Shown one piece after another: positions 38,936-49,402 of a DNA stretch of 64,000 nt. The stretch is taken from assembly GCA_039802265.1 (NCBI GenBank), contig JBDRWI010000001.1:10921-74920 (forward strand), in the 5' to 3' direction. Below the pieces are notes generated by a model, which made no database searches, was not told where the DNA came from, and saw only the letters and a list, made by a program, of their open reading frames with translations. Within the stretch, counting starts at the first letter, position 1. The number at the start of each line of letters is the position of its first letter. Made by a program: the position numbers and the translations under genes. Origin of the DNA: a candidate division WOR-3 bacterium (GTDB lineage Bacteria > Hydrothermota > Tepidihabitantia > SM23-42 > JAOAFX01).

Positions 38936-41900
38936 ATGCATTCATATAAAAAGCCCCTGTTATTAACAGTAGTCATGCTGAGCATCGTCTGGGCAGGTCC
39001 TTCAACTAAAAAGCAAGTAAGTGAGCCTGAAATAACATTACTCAGGCCAATGGAACTTGAATTAAGAACCCCTGCCCCGGTCTGGGATACAAATCGGGTC
39101 TGGCCCGGTGCCACTGCAAACCTCACAAGAAAAGTTGCGATTGGGAAGTATTTCAAGGGCGCATTGGATGACACCATCCGTCTGGTAACGGTCCAATCCG
39201 GTGGTACAAGGAATTTAGTCATTGCTACTGATACAATGAGCTCAAGTTTTGTAAAAAATGGCTTCCGAATTGAGACACCCTATGCCTTTGCCAGTGGTAG
39301 CACCCCCCATGCAGTTGCGGTTGGTGATGTGGATGGTGATGAGTATATTGATATACTGGCAGCCCAGTCTGCCACACCATACCGGCTATTCTGGTTTGAA
39401 TGGGACACTGGTGCACTTAACTGGGTTGTGCGCGATTCATTGACTGTAAATAATGCAATCAATGACATTACATTCGGTGATGGCGACAACAATGCAACAA
39501 CCAGGGACTTCTACATCAATATCGCCCAGACCTCACCAAGTGCGGCAATTATGAGAATTTTCTGGACCGGCACTGCCTGGGATACCTTAAGGATTCTGCT
39601 CAGCGGCGGTGTCTCTTCACGGGGTGTTGCGGTTGGTGATATCCGACCAGAACTTGCCGGAAACGAAGTCTATGCAGTTGGTAGTTCAAGGATCTGGCAG
39701 GTCTATTTCAATGGTGTATCCTGGGATACCGCCACAATCACCAGTGGGGTAAGCGGTTCTTATGATGTGGTTGTGGGTGATGTAAATCCGGTAAATTCGG
39801 GAAATGAACTCTGCGTCGTCCATGGCTCAACATCCTATCAGGTATCAATCTGGAACTGGACCGGTGCAAACTGGTCAGGAATCCTCTGGGCATTCACATC
39901 AACCTGGGGAACATCGGATAATACACTTGAAATTGGTGATGTCCTGAAGGAAAATCCTGGTAATGAACTGGTCTTGATGAGTGGTGCCAGTACAACTGCA
40001 CAGCCCAGGGTCTTCTGGTATGCACCGAGTGGCAATGCCTGGGTGAGCACCTTACCCAAGTCAGTTGGTTCACAGAGTGACTATGGGGTGGCAATCGGTG
40101 ATATAAATAGATTCCGCACATTCAATTCAGAATTTGTCCTTTCCGGTGGTGGCTCACTCGTTGAAGTAGAAGAGCACGACTTCGTTGATGACATTGGTAC
40201 CTACTGGATTAGAATGAAAAATCCAACCGCAATCATAAACCTCCCTGACACAATCACTGCGGTAATCTTCAATGCTGGTTCAAATCCCAAATCAAACTTT
40301 AATGTTGGCTATCGCTTCAAGAACAGTCCATTAACTGGCTCTTTCATCTATACTGGCACGCTCAATCCCGGTGCAATAGATAGTATAAAATTTCCTGTCA
40401 CGCTTGATTTTCTGGGAATGGATTCGCTATATGTATTTACCAGTCTTGCTGGGGATGCCTGGATATTGAATGATACAACAAGACTCCACCTTGAGGTATA
40501 TGACGAAACCACAAAAGTTGCATCAACCTTCAATAATACTGCATTTCCACCTGCCAATGCCACAATCTCACCAATGATAAATACACCCGATACCTGGTGG
40601 CGGACAATCCTGTCCGGTTCATACAACTGGGCAAGATATACCTCCGGTACCAATCCCACCTGCTCACCATATGAAGGCTATGGGATGGCTGGTTATCCAT
40701 CTTATAATGCATCTTCTGGCTCCCAGGCAAGGTTACGCACCCATCGGTTTAATATTGGTCCAACTCCTAAAAAGGTGATGCTCAGATTCTATATGTATCA
40801 CGACCCGGGTTATTCCACAAATTCCGACTCCGTAATTATTGAATTTTCTTATAACGATACAACATACAATCGGGTTGCTGGATTCCATCGCTATAATGCG
40901 ACTGCTGGCTGGTATTTGCATGATGTGGAAATTGGCGACTTTCCAGCAAATAAGGACCTCTATATTGGATTCAAGGCAAACAGTGGCTATGGCAATAATA
41001 TGTTCATTGACTCAGCAAGGGTATTTATTACCACACCAACCGCACCAGTGGTTGATGCGGGAATCCAGAACATTACACCATTTGCCCCACCGATATTTGT
41101 TGGTGAGACACTCACCGTTCAGGTTCTGGTCCGTAATTATGGTCTGCAGACCCTTACTTCAACCCCGGTCTTTTATACCCTTGGTGGTGCGGATACGGTC
41201 TGGGAGAACTGGACCGGCTCACTGGAGATAAATGAAACTGCCCTTTACACATTCACCACGAATTTTATTCCAACAACTGCCGGTGAAGAAACCCTCTATG
41301 CCGGAACGAAATTGACCGGTGACCAAAATCCCGCAAATGATGTAGCAAGTTTGGTTTTTCTCGTCTGTCCTGAATACCATACCTTACCTTATACCAAGAA
41401 CTTTGATGAGGCGTGGACAAATTCAACAAACCCACCCTTCTGTGGCTGGACAATTGTTGATGGTGGTACCCAATCACCACCGGTGATAGACAATAATGAC
41501 TGGCATCGTTATGTAAGCAGTTCTCCCGCAAGAACAGTTGCCCGAGTCTACTACTCACCTGTTGAATGGACCGATGACTGGCTCATCTCACCGAGGTTTG
41601 ATTGTTCTCAATTGGGATATTATACACTCTCATACTGGCACTGGTATGATGACTACACAACAAATTCCCCTGATTCGGGAAGAGTTCTTCTGAGCACCGA
41701 CGGTGGCGCAAACTGGCAGACCGTTGCAATCTATTCCAATGCCGATGACTCCGGTTATAAGTCAATTGATGTCAGTTCCCTGGCAATGGGTCATAATAAT
41801 GTAAAGATTGCCTTCCATTATGTGGCATATAATGAATGGCGCTGGTATATTGATGACTTTTTATTTGACTTTGCGCCGGATACAATTCCACCGACAATCA

Positions 41901-43630
41901 CCTTTGTTCAAGAGCCCCAGAATACCTATCAGACCGGTCCCTATATTGTCCGGGCAAGAATCAACGACATCACTGGAATTGGGGCGGATTCACTCTATTA
42001 TATTGTAAATGATGTAATTACTGCCATTCCCCATACTGCCATCTCAGGCGATACATTCACATTTGAAATCCCCGGACAGACACCAGGAACAGAAGTTGAA
42101 TACTTCGTCATTGCCCGTGATAATCTCGCAAACAGGGCATATACCAGCACACATAGATTCTGGGTTCTATCACCACTGGCTCCCACTGACCTCGTTGTTA
42201 CTGGTCAAGCTGATTCCACAGTCCGGCTTGACTGGTTACCACCGGCTGAGGAAATTTCTTATTATAGTGGCGTCAACTACTACTGGTATGGTTGGCTTGC
42301 TGGTGACGCAATTGCTACTCAATATACGCCCCAGTATTACCCATGCAAATTAGAAGCAGCTGCCTTATTGTTCTACCAGTATTCGGATACAATAGAGTTC
42401 CATATCTGGGCAGATGATGGAAATGGTAATCCGGGAACAAGCCTCTTTGTTGATACAATCATAATCTCCCAGCTCTATCCCAATTTTGAGGTCATTGACC
42501 TATCCCAGGCGAATATTACAATAAATTCAGGCAGTTTCCATGTTGGCTTTATATGGCTCGGTGATGATACTCCTTATCCAATGTCTGATAATGGTTCAAA
42601 TACTACACGCAGCAAATATTATGATGGTACAGACTGGTATCCAGCAGGTTATGACTGGGTGATGTCAGCTTATGTTTCATATCTCCCCGGGGCAAAAAGA
42701 ACGGTCGGTCAACCAAAACTCTTGGCTTCTGGTACTAAAGTATCTTTAAGAAAGTTGCACAGGAAACCGATAAGCGATAAAGAAAATTTCTCAAGTAACC
42801 TTTCGGCAGAAATACTCGGTATCTCCAACTTCTCAATTGAACGCGGCACGACTCAAGGTGGACCTTATACCCAGATTGGAACAACCACCAGCAGTTTCTT
42901 TATTGATACAACAGTTGTGAATGAAAACCGATACTACTATGTTGTTAAGGCAATCTATACCCAGCCCGATACTGTTTCTTATTACTCAAATGAAGTGAAT
43001 ATTGGCGTTGATTTTGCTGGTCCACTCTATAATAATACAACCTTTGACTCAATGGCAGCTGGACCCTGGGTTGTCTCAACCGAAATCACCGACTGGATTG
43101 GTCTTGCCTATGACTCCCTTGCCTACCGCACCGATGGTGGTTCATTCTCTTATATTACAAGTGACAGTATTGCCGGCGATATCTACTACTACACCATCCC
43201 TGACTTCCCAGCGGGAACACTCATTGAATTCTACCTCTTTAGCCAGGACACATCATGGTGGCAGAATATAGGTAGAGACCCGGCAAGCGGTTATTATGCA
43301 TTTACCTCCCATACCGGTATTGCGGATTCCAAGACCGCTAAACCAATCCCCAGGTTTGTATTCTTAAATCAGTGCCAGCCCAATCCATTTGATAGAACAA
43401 CCCGGATAAACTACGGAATTCCGAAGCAGATGCATGTAAATATCTCTATCTACAATGCGATTGGACAGTTGACAAAGACCTTGATTGATGGCGAGTTGGA
43501 ACCCGGTTATTACTCAATCCTCTGGGATGGCAGAGACCAGAAGGGCAGACAACTGGCAAATGGTATTTACTTTGTGCGCTTGTCTACTCCAGATAAGAAA
43601 TTCATAAAGAAGGCGGTCTTACTCCACTGA
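38936..43630 (+). CDS. Large secreted adhesin-like protein: FG-GAP-like propeller, CARDB-like, cleaved-adhesin-like and FN3 domains, T9SS/FlgD-like CTD
   Basis: Signal peptide; six VxVGD...NE-type repeats; DQNPAND; DDWLISP; YYYVVKA; QPNPF...IYNAIGQL...WDGRDQKGRQLANGIYF. Confidence 0.85.
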   Translation: MHSYKKPLLLTVVMLSIVWAGPSTKKQVSEPEITLLRPMELELRTPAPVWDTNRVWPGATANLTRKVAIGKYFKGALDDTIRLVTVQSGGTRNLVIATDTMSSSFVKNGFRIETPYAFASGSTPHAVAVGDVDGDEYIDILAAQSATPYRLFWFEWDTGALNWVVRDSLTVNNAINDITFGDGDNNATTRDFYINIAQTSPSAAIMRIFWTGTAWDTLRILLSGGVSSRGVAVGDIRPELAGNEVYAVGSSRIWQVYFNGVSWDTATITSGVSGSYDVVVGDVNPVNSGNELCVVHGSTSYQVSIWNWTGANWSGILWAFTSTWGTSDNTLEIGDVLKENPGNELVLMSGASTTAQPRVFWYAPSGNAWVSTLPKSVGSQSDYGVAIGDINRFRTFNSEFVLSGGGSLVEVEEHDFVDDIGTYWIRMKNPTAIINLPDTITAVIFNAGSNPKSNFNVGYRFKNSPLTGSFIYTGTLNPGAIDSIKFPVTLDFLGMDSLYVFTSLAGDAWILNDTTRLHLEVYDETTKVASTFNNTAFPPANATISPMINTPDTWWRTILSGSYNWARYTSGTNPTCSPYEGYGMAGYPSYNASSGSQARLRTHRFNIGPTPKKVMLRFYMYHDPGYSTNSDSVIIEFSYNDTTYNRVAGFHRYNATAGWYLHDVEIGDFPANKDLYIGFKANSGYGNNMFIDSARVFITTPTAPVVDAGIQNITPFAPPIFVGETLTVQVLVRNYGLQTLTSTPVFYTLGGADTVWENWTGSLEINETALYTFTTNFIPTTAGEETLYAGTKLTGDQNPANDVASLVFLVCPEYHTLPYTKNFDEAWTNSTNPPFCGWTIVDGGTQSPPVIDNNDWHRYVSSSPARTVARVYYSPVEWTDDWLISPRFDCSQLGYYTLSYWHWYDDYTTNSPDSGRVLLSTDGGANWQTVAIYSNADDSGYKSIDVSSLAMGHNNVKIAFHYVAYNEWRWYIDDFLFDFAPDTIPPTITFVQEPQNTYQTGPYIVRARINDITGIGADSLYYIVNDVITAIPHTAISGDTFTFEIPGQTPGTEVEYFVIARDNLANRAYTSTHRFWVLSPLAPTDLVVTGQADSTVRLDWLPPAEEISYYSGVNYYWYGWLAGDAIATQYTPQYYPCKLEAAALLFYQYSDTIEFHIWADDGNGNPGTSLFVDTIIISQLYPNFEVIDLSQANITINSGSFHVGFIWLGDDTPYPMSDNGSNTTRSKYYDGTDWYPAGYDWVMSAYVSYLPGAKRTVGQPKLLASGTKVSLRKLHRKPISDKENFSSNLSAEILGISNFSIERGTTQGGPYTQIGTTTSSFFIDTTVVNENRYYYVVKAIYTQPDTVSYYSNEVNIGVDFAGPLYNNTTFDSMAAGPWVVSTEITDWIGLAYDSLAYRTDGGSFSYITSDSIAGDIYYYTIPDFPAGTLIEFYLFSQDTSWWQNIGRDPASGYYAFTSHTGIADSKTAKPIPRFVFLNQCQPNPFDRTTRINYGIPKQMHVNISIYNAIGQLTKTLIDGELEPGYYSILWDGRDQKGRQLANGIYFVRLSTPDKKFIKKAVLLH

Positions 43631-43644
43631 ACTCAGTCTGGTAG

Positions 43645-43680
43645 AAAAGGGAGGGGGGAATATATTCCCCCCTCCCTTTT
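43645..43680. terminator. Perfect 36-bp palindrome, bidirectional terminator
   Basis: AAAAGGGAGGGGGGAATA|TATTCCCCCCTCCCTTTT, 14 nt after the stop codon. Confidence 0.9.
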
Positions 43681-43731
43681 ATTATTATCCAACCGCATTG
43701 AAAATACTATAAATTTAAATATAATCAAGTA

Positions 43732-44682
43732 ATGAAATTACCCCGGCCACTAAAGATTACCTCCAGGACACCGATAGAAGAATTACCCGGTATATTGGAA
43801 AAGACAAAACTTTTTATTAAGCGGGATGACCTGAATGGCCTTTTGATTTCAGGCAATAAGGCAAGGAAACTTGAATATCTTATTGCTGATGCAAAAAATA
43901 AAAGTTGTGATACGATTATTACCTGCGGACCAGTGCAGTCCAATCACTGCCGGACAACCGCTGCATTTGCAAGGATATTTGGTCTTGAATGCCACTTACT
44001 TCTGCGCAAGAAAGGGCAAGCAGAATATACCGGTAATCTGTTGCTTGATACTCTGTTAGGGGCAAAGATAAAGTTTATTACACCAAAGGAGTATCAAAAC
44101 CGAATGGCGGTGATGACTGATTATGCACGAAGATTAAGGGACAAAAAGACATATATAATTCCCGAGGGCGGTTCAAATGAAATCGGTGCCCTGGGTTATG
44201 TAGATTGTATGAAAGAGATGGCAAAATTTATCAAAAAAGAAAGAATAGATGCGGTGTATTGTGCGGTTGGTTCAGGTGGCACCTATGCGGGTTTATTACT
44301 GGGAAAGAAATTACTTAAATTGAATATTGATTTGAATGGCGTGATTATCTGTGATACGGTGGAGTATTTTACGAATAAAATTTCGGAAATCTGTAATAAT
44401 GCAATAAAGAGATTCAAACTAAAAACGGAAATTAAAAATTCTGAAATCACACTGATTGATGGTTTTGTAGGAAAAGGTTATGGCATCCCCTATCCTGAGG
44501 AGATTGAGACGATAAAATATCTTGCCCGAAAGGGGATTATCCTTGAGCCGGTCTATACCGGTAAGGCATTCTATGGAATGATTGAGGATTTAAAAGAAAG
44601 AAAATATAAAAAAGTTATCTTTCTTCATACCGGTGGGATCTTCAGCATCTTTGCCTACTGGCGTAATTTTTTGGAATTTTAA
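43732..44682 (+). CDS. D-cysteine desulfhydrase / ACC deaminase family PLP enzyme
   Basis: KRDD, SGNKARKLEY, QSNH, PEGGS, GSGGT, EPVYTGKA, HTGG. Confidence 0.93.
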   Translation: MKLPRPLKITSRTPIEELPGILEKTKLFIKRDDLNGLLISGNKARKLEYLIADAKNKSCDTIITCGPVQSNHCRTTAAFARIFGLECHLLLRKKGQAEYTGNLLLDTLLGAKIKFITPKEYQNRMAVMTDYARRLRDKKTYIIPEGGSNEIGALGYVDCMKEMAKFIKKERIDAVYCAVGSGGTYAGLLLGKKLLKLNIDLNGVIICDTVEYFTNKISEICNNAIKRFKLKTEIKNSEITLIDGFVGKGYGIPYPEEIETIKYLARKGIILEPVYTGKAFYGMIEDLKERKYKKVIFLHTGGIFSIFAYWRNFLEF

Positions 44683-44844
44683 TTTCCTTTTGCACAGAAA
44701 TGAACCTATTTGTAAATTTTTCAGGGTGCGGCTTTATATACCGAGAAAAGTGTGGGCGGCGTGGATTCTTGGCGTAAACAGAATCTCAAACTACCATAAG
44801 GCATCAAAGATTCTTCCCTTCGCTAATGCTCTATTTTGAAAAGA

Positions 44845-45777
44845 TTACCTTTTCATTCTCACCAGGGCGGTCTTGAGCATTTCAAATATTAACTCATCAT
44901 AACTCAAGCCTATTGCCCTTGCCTCAAGGGGAAGGTTTGATTCAGTCAATAACCCGGGAATGGTATTCACCTCAAGGACATAAGGGTTATGTTCAAGGTC
45001 AAAGACAAAGTCAACCCGGGAAAATCCATAGGCACCGATAGCCTGGTGTGCGGCAAGTGCCAGATTCTGGGTCTTTTTATACTGTTCTTCAGGAAGTCTG
45101 GCAGGAATGATATATTCGGTCATTCCCTTGGTATATTTTGATTTATAATCATAAAATTTCCTCTTTTTCGGTGCGATTTCCAGAACCGGTAGCGGAACCT
45201 CATTGAGAATACCACAGGTTGCCATAATTCCCGGTATATATTTTTCAAAAAATAGGTCAGGATATCGCCTTTTTATAGAATTGATGCCCTTTATTAAGTC
45301 TGCCTTTGTCTCAACAATTATGACACCGACACTTGAACCCTCAGCCCTTGGTTTGATTACCAATGGTAGACCGAGTTTTTCTATAACTTTATCAATGTCA
45401 ATCTCTTTTTCGTAATAGTATTCTGGGGTCGGAATTCCCTTACCAATGAAGATAGACTTTGATACAATCTTATCCATTCCAATTGCCGAGCCGATAATCC
45501 CGGAACCGGTATAAGGAATTCCATAGAATTCCAGGATTGCCTGGACTGTGCCATCCTCACCGAATTTCCCGTGGAGGGCAATAAAGGCGATATCAATATT
45601 CTTTAACTTTTTTATAAAATTCCTATCAACATCAATCTCTTTTACTGAAAATCCCTGTTTTTTTAATGATTCAGCCACACATCTTCCAGAGTTGATAGAA
45701 ATTGCCCGCTCACTTGACCAGCCACCGTAAAGGACACCGATTCTCTTCTTTAACAGCAGATTCCGTTCTTTATCCAT
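44845..45777 (-). CDS. ddl: D-alanine--D-alanine ligase
   Basis: GGWSSER, LHGKFGEDG, EGSSVG, YDYKSKY, EVNTIPG. Confidence 0.96.
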   Translation of the reverse strand: MDKERNLLLKKRIGVLYGGWSSERAISINSGRCVAESLKKQGFSVKEIDVDRNFIKKLKNIDIAFIALHGKFGEDGTVQAILEFYGIPYTGSGIIGSAIGMDKIVSKSIFIGKGIPTPEYYYEKEIDIDKVIEKLGLPLVIKPRAEGSSVGVIIVETKADLIKGINSIKRRYPDLFFEKYIPGIMATCGILNEVPLPVLEIAPKKRKFYDYKSKYTKGMTEYIIPARLPEEQYKKTQNLALAAHQAIGAYGFSRVDFVFDLEHNPYVLEVNTIPGLLTESNLPLEARAIGLSYDELIFEMLKTALVRMKR

Positions 45778-45824
45778 ACCATTTAATGATAATTAAAATA
45801 ATTCCCTTGTCAACCTTTTATACT

Positions 45825-46934
45825 TTAGTCTATCTGCCTCCTTAAGAAAGTCGGGACTTCCAGGTCATTGACATTGTATGGCTTCTCTTTTGTTTCCTTC
45901 TTTATTTCCCGGCGCTTGAATGTCGGAAATTCAAGATTTTCATTGCGGTTAAGGATATCCGACTTTACATCCTGATAGACTTCGGTAATCCCGGTTGCCA
46001 CCAGCATCACCTTTACCTTATTCTCAAGGGTCTCATCAATAACCAGTCCAACCTTTGTATTCACATCTTCATTGTCGATCTCTTTTAGAATCAATGAGGC
46101 GGCCTCCTGAACCTCCTTCATCTTCAGGTCAAAACCGCTGATATTGATGAGAACGCCCTTTGCCCCCTTGATCGACATATCATCAAGCAGGGGTGAGTTC
46201 ATCGCGGTCTGTGCCGCCTGGATTGCCCGATTTTCGCCTTCGCTTATCCCCATACCCATAATTGCCTTTCCCTTTTCAGTCATTACCGCCCGAATATCGG
46301 CAAAGTCAAGGTTGATAAGCCCGGGTTTGGTTACCAGTTCAGCAATTCCCTTTATGGCATGAAAGAGGACTGTATTCCCCACCTTTAAGGAATCAAGCAC
46401 CCCGGATTCCTGGGGAAGTGCACTGAGGAGTTTTTCGTTGGGTATGCAGATCAGGGTATCAACGATATTACTCAACTCATCAATTCCTCTCTGGGCAATC
46501 ATCATCTTCTTCGGTCCCTCGTGTAACCAGGGTTTTGTTACCACTGCTACCACCAGTGCCCCGGCATTTTTCGCCTCCTCGGCAACCACGGGTGAGGCAC
46601 CGGTTCCGGTGCCGCCTCCCTCGCCACAGGCGATAAAGACCATATCTGCATCCTTTACTACATTCTTTATTTCTTCCCTTGACTCTTCGGCTGCCTTGCG
46701 TCCGATCTCCGGATCGCCACCAGCACCAAGACCACCAGTTAGATTGGCACCAATTTGAATCCTCTCACTGGCAATACAATACTGCAGATGCTGGAGGTCT
46801 GTATTTATTGCAATCGTCTCAACCCCTTCAATTCCGTAGGACTGAGCAAAGTTCACTGTATTACAACCTGCGCCCCCAACTCCAACAAGTTTGATGCGGG
46901 CGCAGAATCTCGGTTCCTGAACCAATCCCAACAT
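45825..46934 (-). CDS. ftsZ: Cell division protein FtsZ
   Basis: GVGGAGCN, GLGAGG, GGGTGTG, NLDFAD, LEVPTFLRRQ. Confidence 0.97.
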   Translation of the reverse strand: MLGLVQEPRFCARIKLVGVGGAGCNTVNFAQSYGIEGVETIAINTDLQHLQYCIASERIQIGANLTGGLGAGGDPEIGRKAAEESREEIKNVVKDADMVFIACGEGGGTGTGASPVVAEEAKNAGALVVAVVTKPWLHEGPKKMMIAQRGIDELSNIVDTLICIPNEKLLSALPQESGVLDSLKVGNTVLFHAIKGIAELVTKPGLINLDFADIRAVMTEKGKAIMGMGISEGENRAIQAAQTAMNSPLLDDMSIKGAKGVLINISGFDLKMKEVQEAASLILKEIDNEDVNTKVGLVIDETLENKVKVMLVATGITEVYQDVKSDILNRNENLEFPTFKRREIKKETKEKPYNVNDLEVPTFLRRQID

Positions 46935-46969
46935 AAATTCCTCCTTTTTTTAGTTTAATCTTTCTCATC

Positions 46970-48202
46970 TCAAAAGTATTTATTTAACAAATCTTCAAAT
47001 CTCTTTTTTATTGCCTCAAAGATGCTTACACCTTTTGTCTTTGGTATCAAAGATACATTCTTCTTTTCGTATCCATAAAGCACCAACCCCACACCGGTTG
47101 CATAAACCGGGTCAAGGATTATATCGGTGAGACCACCGAGTTTTTTGGGAATTCCGATCTTTACCGGAAGATTGAAGATTTCTTCAGCAAAGCGGTCAAG
47201 GCCATTAAACCTGGCGGTGCCGCCGGTAATGACAACCCCAGCACCGAGGACATCGCTGAAGCCGCTCTTTTTTATCTCCTGGTTGGCAATCATCAGAATC
47301 TCTTCTACCCGGGGGCTTATGATGTTATAGAGTGTCTCTCTAGTTATCATACGGTCCTCACGACCACCAATCCCTGGGACCTTTATCTCTTCCTTTTTTT
47401 CCTCTGGAGTCATTATTAAACTGGCAAGTTTCTTTTTTATATTCTCAGCCTGGGCGTGTGGAGTTCTTATTCCAATCGCAATATCGTTGGTAATATACTC
47501 ACCGCCTAATGGAATAACATGGGAATAACGAATTGCGCCATCATAGAATATCGCCAGGTCTGTGGTTCCACCACCGATATCAAGCAGGCAGACACCTAAG
47601 TCCATCTCATCCGGTTGAAGCACCGCATAACTGGAGGCAAGTGGTTGCAGGACAAGGTCTTTTACCTTTAGACCAGCCCGATGCAGGGCGGTATAGATAT
47701 TCTGGGCTGAGGCGATTGCCGCGGTTACGATATGCACCTCAGCCTCCAATTTAACACCGCTCATTCCAATCGGGTCCTTAATTCCCCTCTCATTGTCCAC
47801 AATATATTCTATCGGTATTGCATGAATAATCTCCCTATCCAAGGGTAAGGCAATTGCCCTTGCCTGTTCAATCACCCGCTCTATATCTCTTCTGGTAATG
47901 ACACCGCCGGTCCTGGATGTCGCAATCATCGCCCGGGCATTTATGCTCTCAATATGTGAACCCGAAATTCCCGCAAAACAGGAATCCACCTTTATTCCCG
48001 CCATTCTTGATGCCTCATCCACTGCCTTCTTTATTGAATTTATTGCCTTCTCCAGGTTGACAATTACACCGCGTTTTAGACCATAAGATGGAGTTGAACC
48101 CACACCCACAATCTTCAATTCATCATCCTCAACCTCACCTATAACCACCGCCACCTTTGTCGTTCCTAAATCTACGCCCACAATCCTTTCTTTCTTCGCC
48201 AT
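46970..48202 (-). CDS. ftsA: Cell division protein FtsA
   Basis: DLGTTKV, PIGMSG, DIGGGTTD, TGGTA, YATGVGL. Confidence 0.96.
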   Translation of the reverse strand: MAKKERIVGVDLGTTKVAVVIGEVEDDELKIVGVGSTPSYGLKRGVIVNLEKAINSIKKAVDEASRMAGIKVDSCFAGISGSHIESINARAMIATSRTGGVITRRDIERVIEQARAIALPLDREIIHAIPIEYIVDNERGIKDPIGMSGVKLEAEVHIVTAAIASAQNIYTALHRAGLKVKDLVLQPLASSYAVLQPDEMDLGVCLLDIGGGTTDLAIFYDGAIRYSHVIPLGGEYITNDIAIGIRTPHAQAENIKKKLASLIMTPEEKKEEIKVPGIGGREDRMITRETLYNIISPRVEEILMIANQEIKKSGFSDVLGAGVVITGGTARFNGLDRFAEEIFNLPVKIGIPKKLGGLTDIILDPVYATGVGLVLYGYEKKNVSLIPKTKGVSIFEAIKKRFEDLLNKYF

Positions 48203-48212
48203 ATACGCCTCC

Positions 48213-48524
48213 TCATCTTTTTCTTATAATGACCTGACGCCGGTAGCGCAGGTCAATCTCTACTGGACCCGGTATATTGACCAGGTCCAACTTATAAATT
48301 AAATCCTTCTTTTTCTTAAAATCACCGGGTCCAATAATGTAGATATTACCCCGGTATTCAAGGATACATTCGGTTTGCGAAATAATATTCGCCTCCGGAA
48401 TGACCTCGTTTAATAAGATATAATCCTCACGCTGCCTGGAGATATTGCAATGTAAAATCCCCGATAGTAGCAGGGATATTGGAATAAGCTGGGCAATCCG
48501 AATCTTGAAGTCTGAATCTAACAT
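48213..48524 (-). CDS. Miniature FtsQ-like protein (C-terminal motif only)
   Basis: Occupies the ftsQ position between murB and ftsA; N-terminal hydrophobic segment; ends EIDLRYRRQVIIR. Confidence 0.5.
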   Translation of the reverse strand: MLDSDFKIRIAQLIPISLLLSGILHCNISRQREDYILLNEVIPEANIISQTECILEYRGNIYIIGPGDFKKKKDLIYKLDLVNIPGPVEIDLRYRRQVIIRKR

Positions 48525-49402
48525 ACTATCCTCACTTCGGGTTGCAACTCCACTCCTTTTTTCTTCTTAACCGTCTTCTTAATGAAATTAACAAGTCTTA
48601 TGACATCCGCAGCCTTTGCCCTTCCCAGATTCAATATAAAATTGGCATGTTTTTCGCTCACCACTGCATCGCCCATCCTTGTTCCCTTTAAGCCACATTC
48701 ATCAATCAAGGCACCCGCGCTCATTGGCAGGGGATTTTTGAAAAATGAACCCGCAGAATATCCATCGGGTTGTTTTTCCCAGCGCATTTTCAGATATGCC
48801 TCCATCCTTGATTTTATCTTGTCCTTTTTCTTCTTTGAAAATTTCAATTCAGCCGAAAGGATTACCGTTTTATCATCAATCCGGGAATGACGATAACCGA
48901 AGTCTAACTCTTCTTTGGAAAGATACCTGACCTTTAGATTCCTATCAAGAATAAAAACTCCCTTAACAATCTCTGAAATGGAACCACCAAACGCCCCGGC
49001 GTTACCCTTTATCGCTCCCCCCAGTGTCCCGGGGATTCCGGCAAGGAATTCGGCACCGCCATAACCCAGTTCCGCTGCCTTCTTTAATAAGTCCTTGAGC
49101 AATACCCCGGCCCCCACTGAAAATATTTCGCCTTTATTCTCAATTATCTTAAAATCCCCTTTCAATCTAATTACTACACCATTAAAACCAGAATCACTAA
49201 AGAGGACATTTGTTCCAGCGCCGAGGATAAAATATTTCAGGCGCCTTTTTTTAATCACAGCTAACAGAGCTAACAATCCCTGCTGTTTATAGACATCAAT
49301 AAAATATCTTGCCCTGCCACCGATTCGGAATGAAGTATGTTTCTTAAGTGGCTCATTGGTCAAAGCCCTGATTCCCTTTATTCCTTTAAATATATTCTTC
49401 AT
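48518..49402 (-). CDS. murB: UDP-N-acetylenolpyruvoylglucosamine reductase
   Basis: HTSFRIGG, GIPGTLGGA...NAGA, SAGSFFKNP, HANF. Confidence 0.96.
   Translation of the reverse strand: MKNIFKGIKGIRALTNEPLKKHTSFRIGGRARYFIDVYKQQGLLALLAVIKKRRLKYFILGAGTNVLFSDSGFNGVVIRLKGDFKIIENKGEIFSVGAGVLLKDLLKKAAELGYGGAEFLAGIPGTLGGAIKGNAGAFGGSISEIVKGVFILDRNLKVRYLSKEELDFGYRHSRIDDKTVILSAELKFSKKKKDKIKSRMEAYLKMRWEKQPDGYSAGSFFKNPLPMSAGALIDECGLKGTRMGDAVVSEKHANFILNLGRAKAADVIRLVNFIKKTVKKKKGVELQPEVRIVC

Noticed and set aside
44683..44844. Possible ncRNA or REP between the desulfhydrase gene and ddl
   Set aside because: Only a short GATTCT/AGAATC hairpin, with no promoter or recognisable family.
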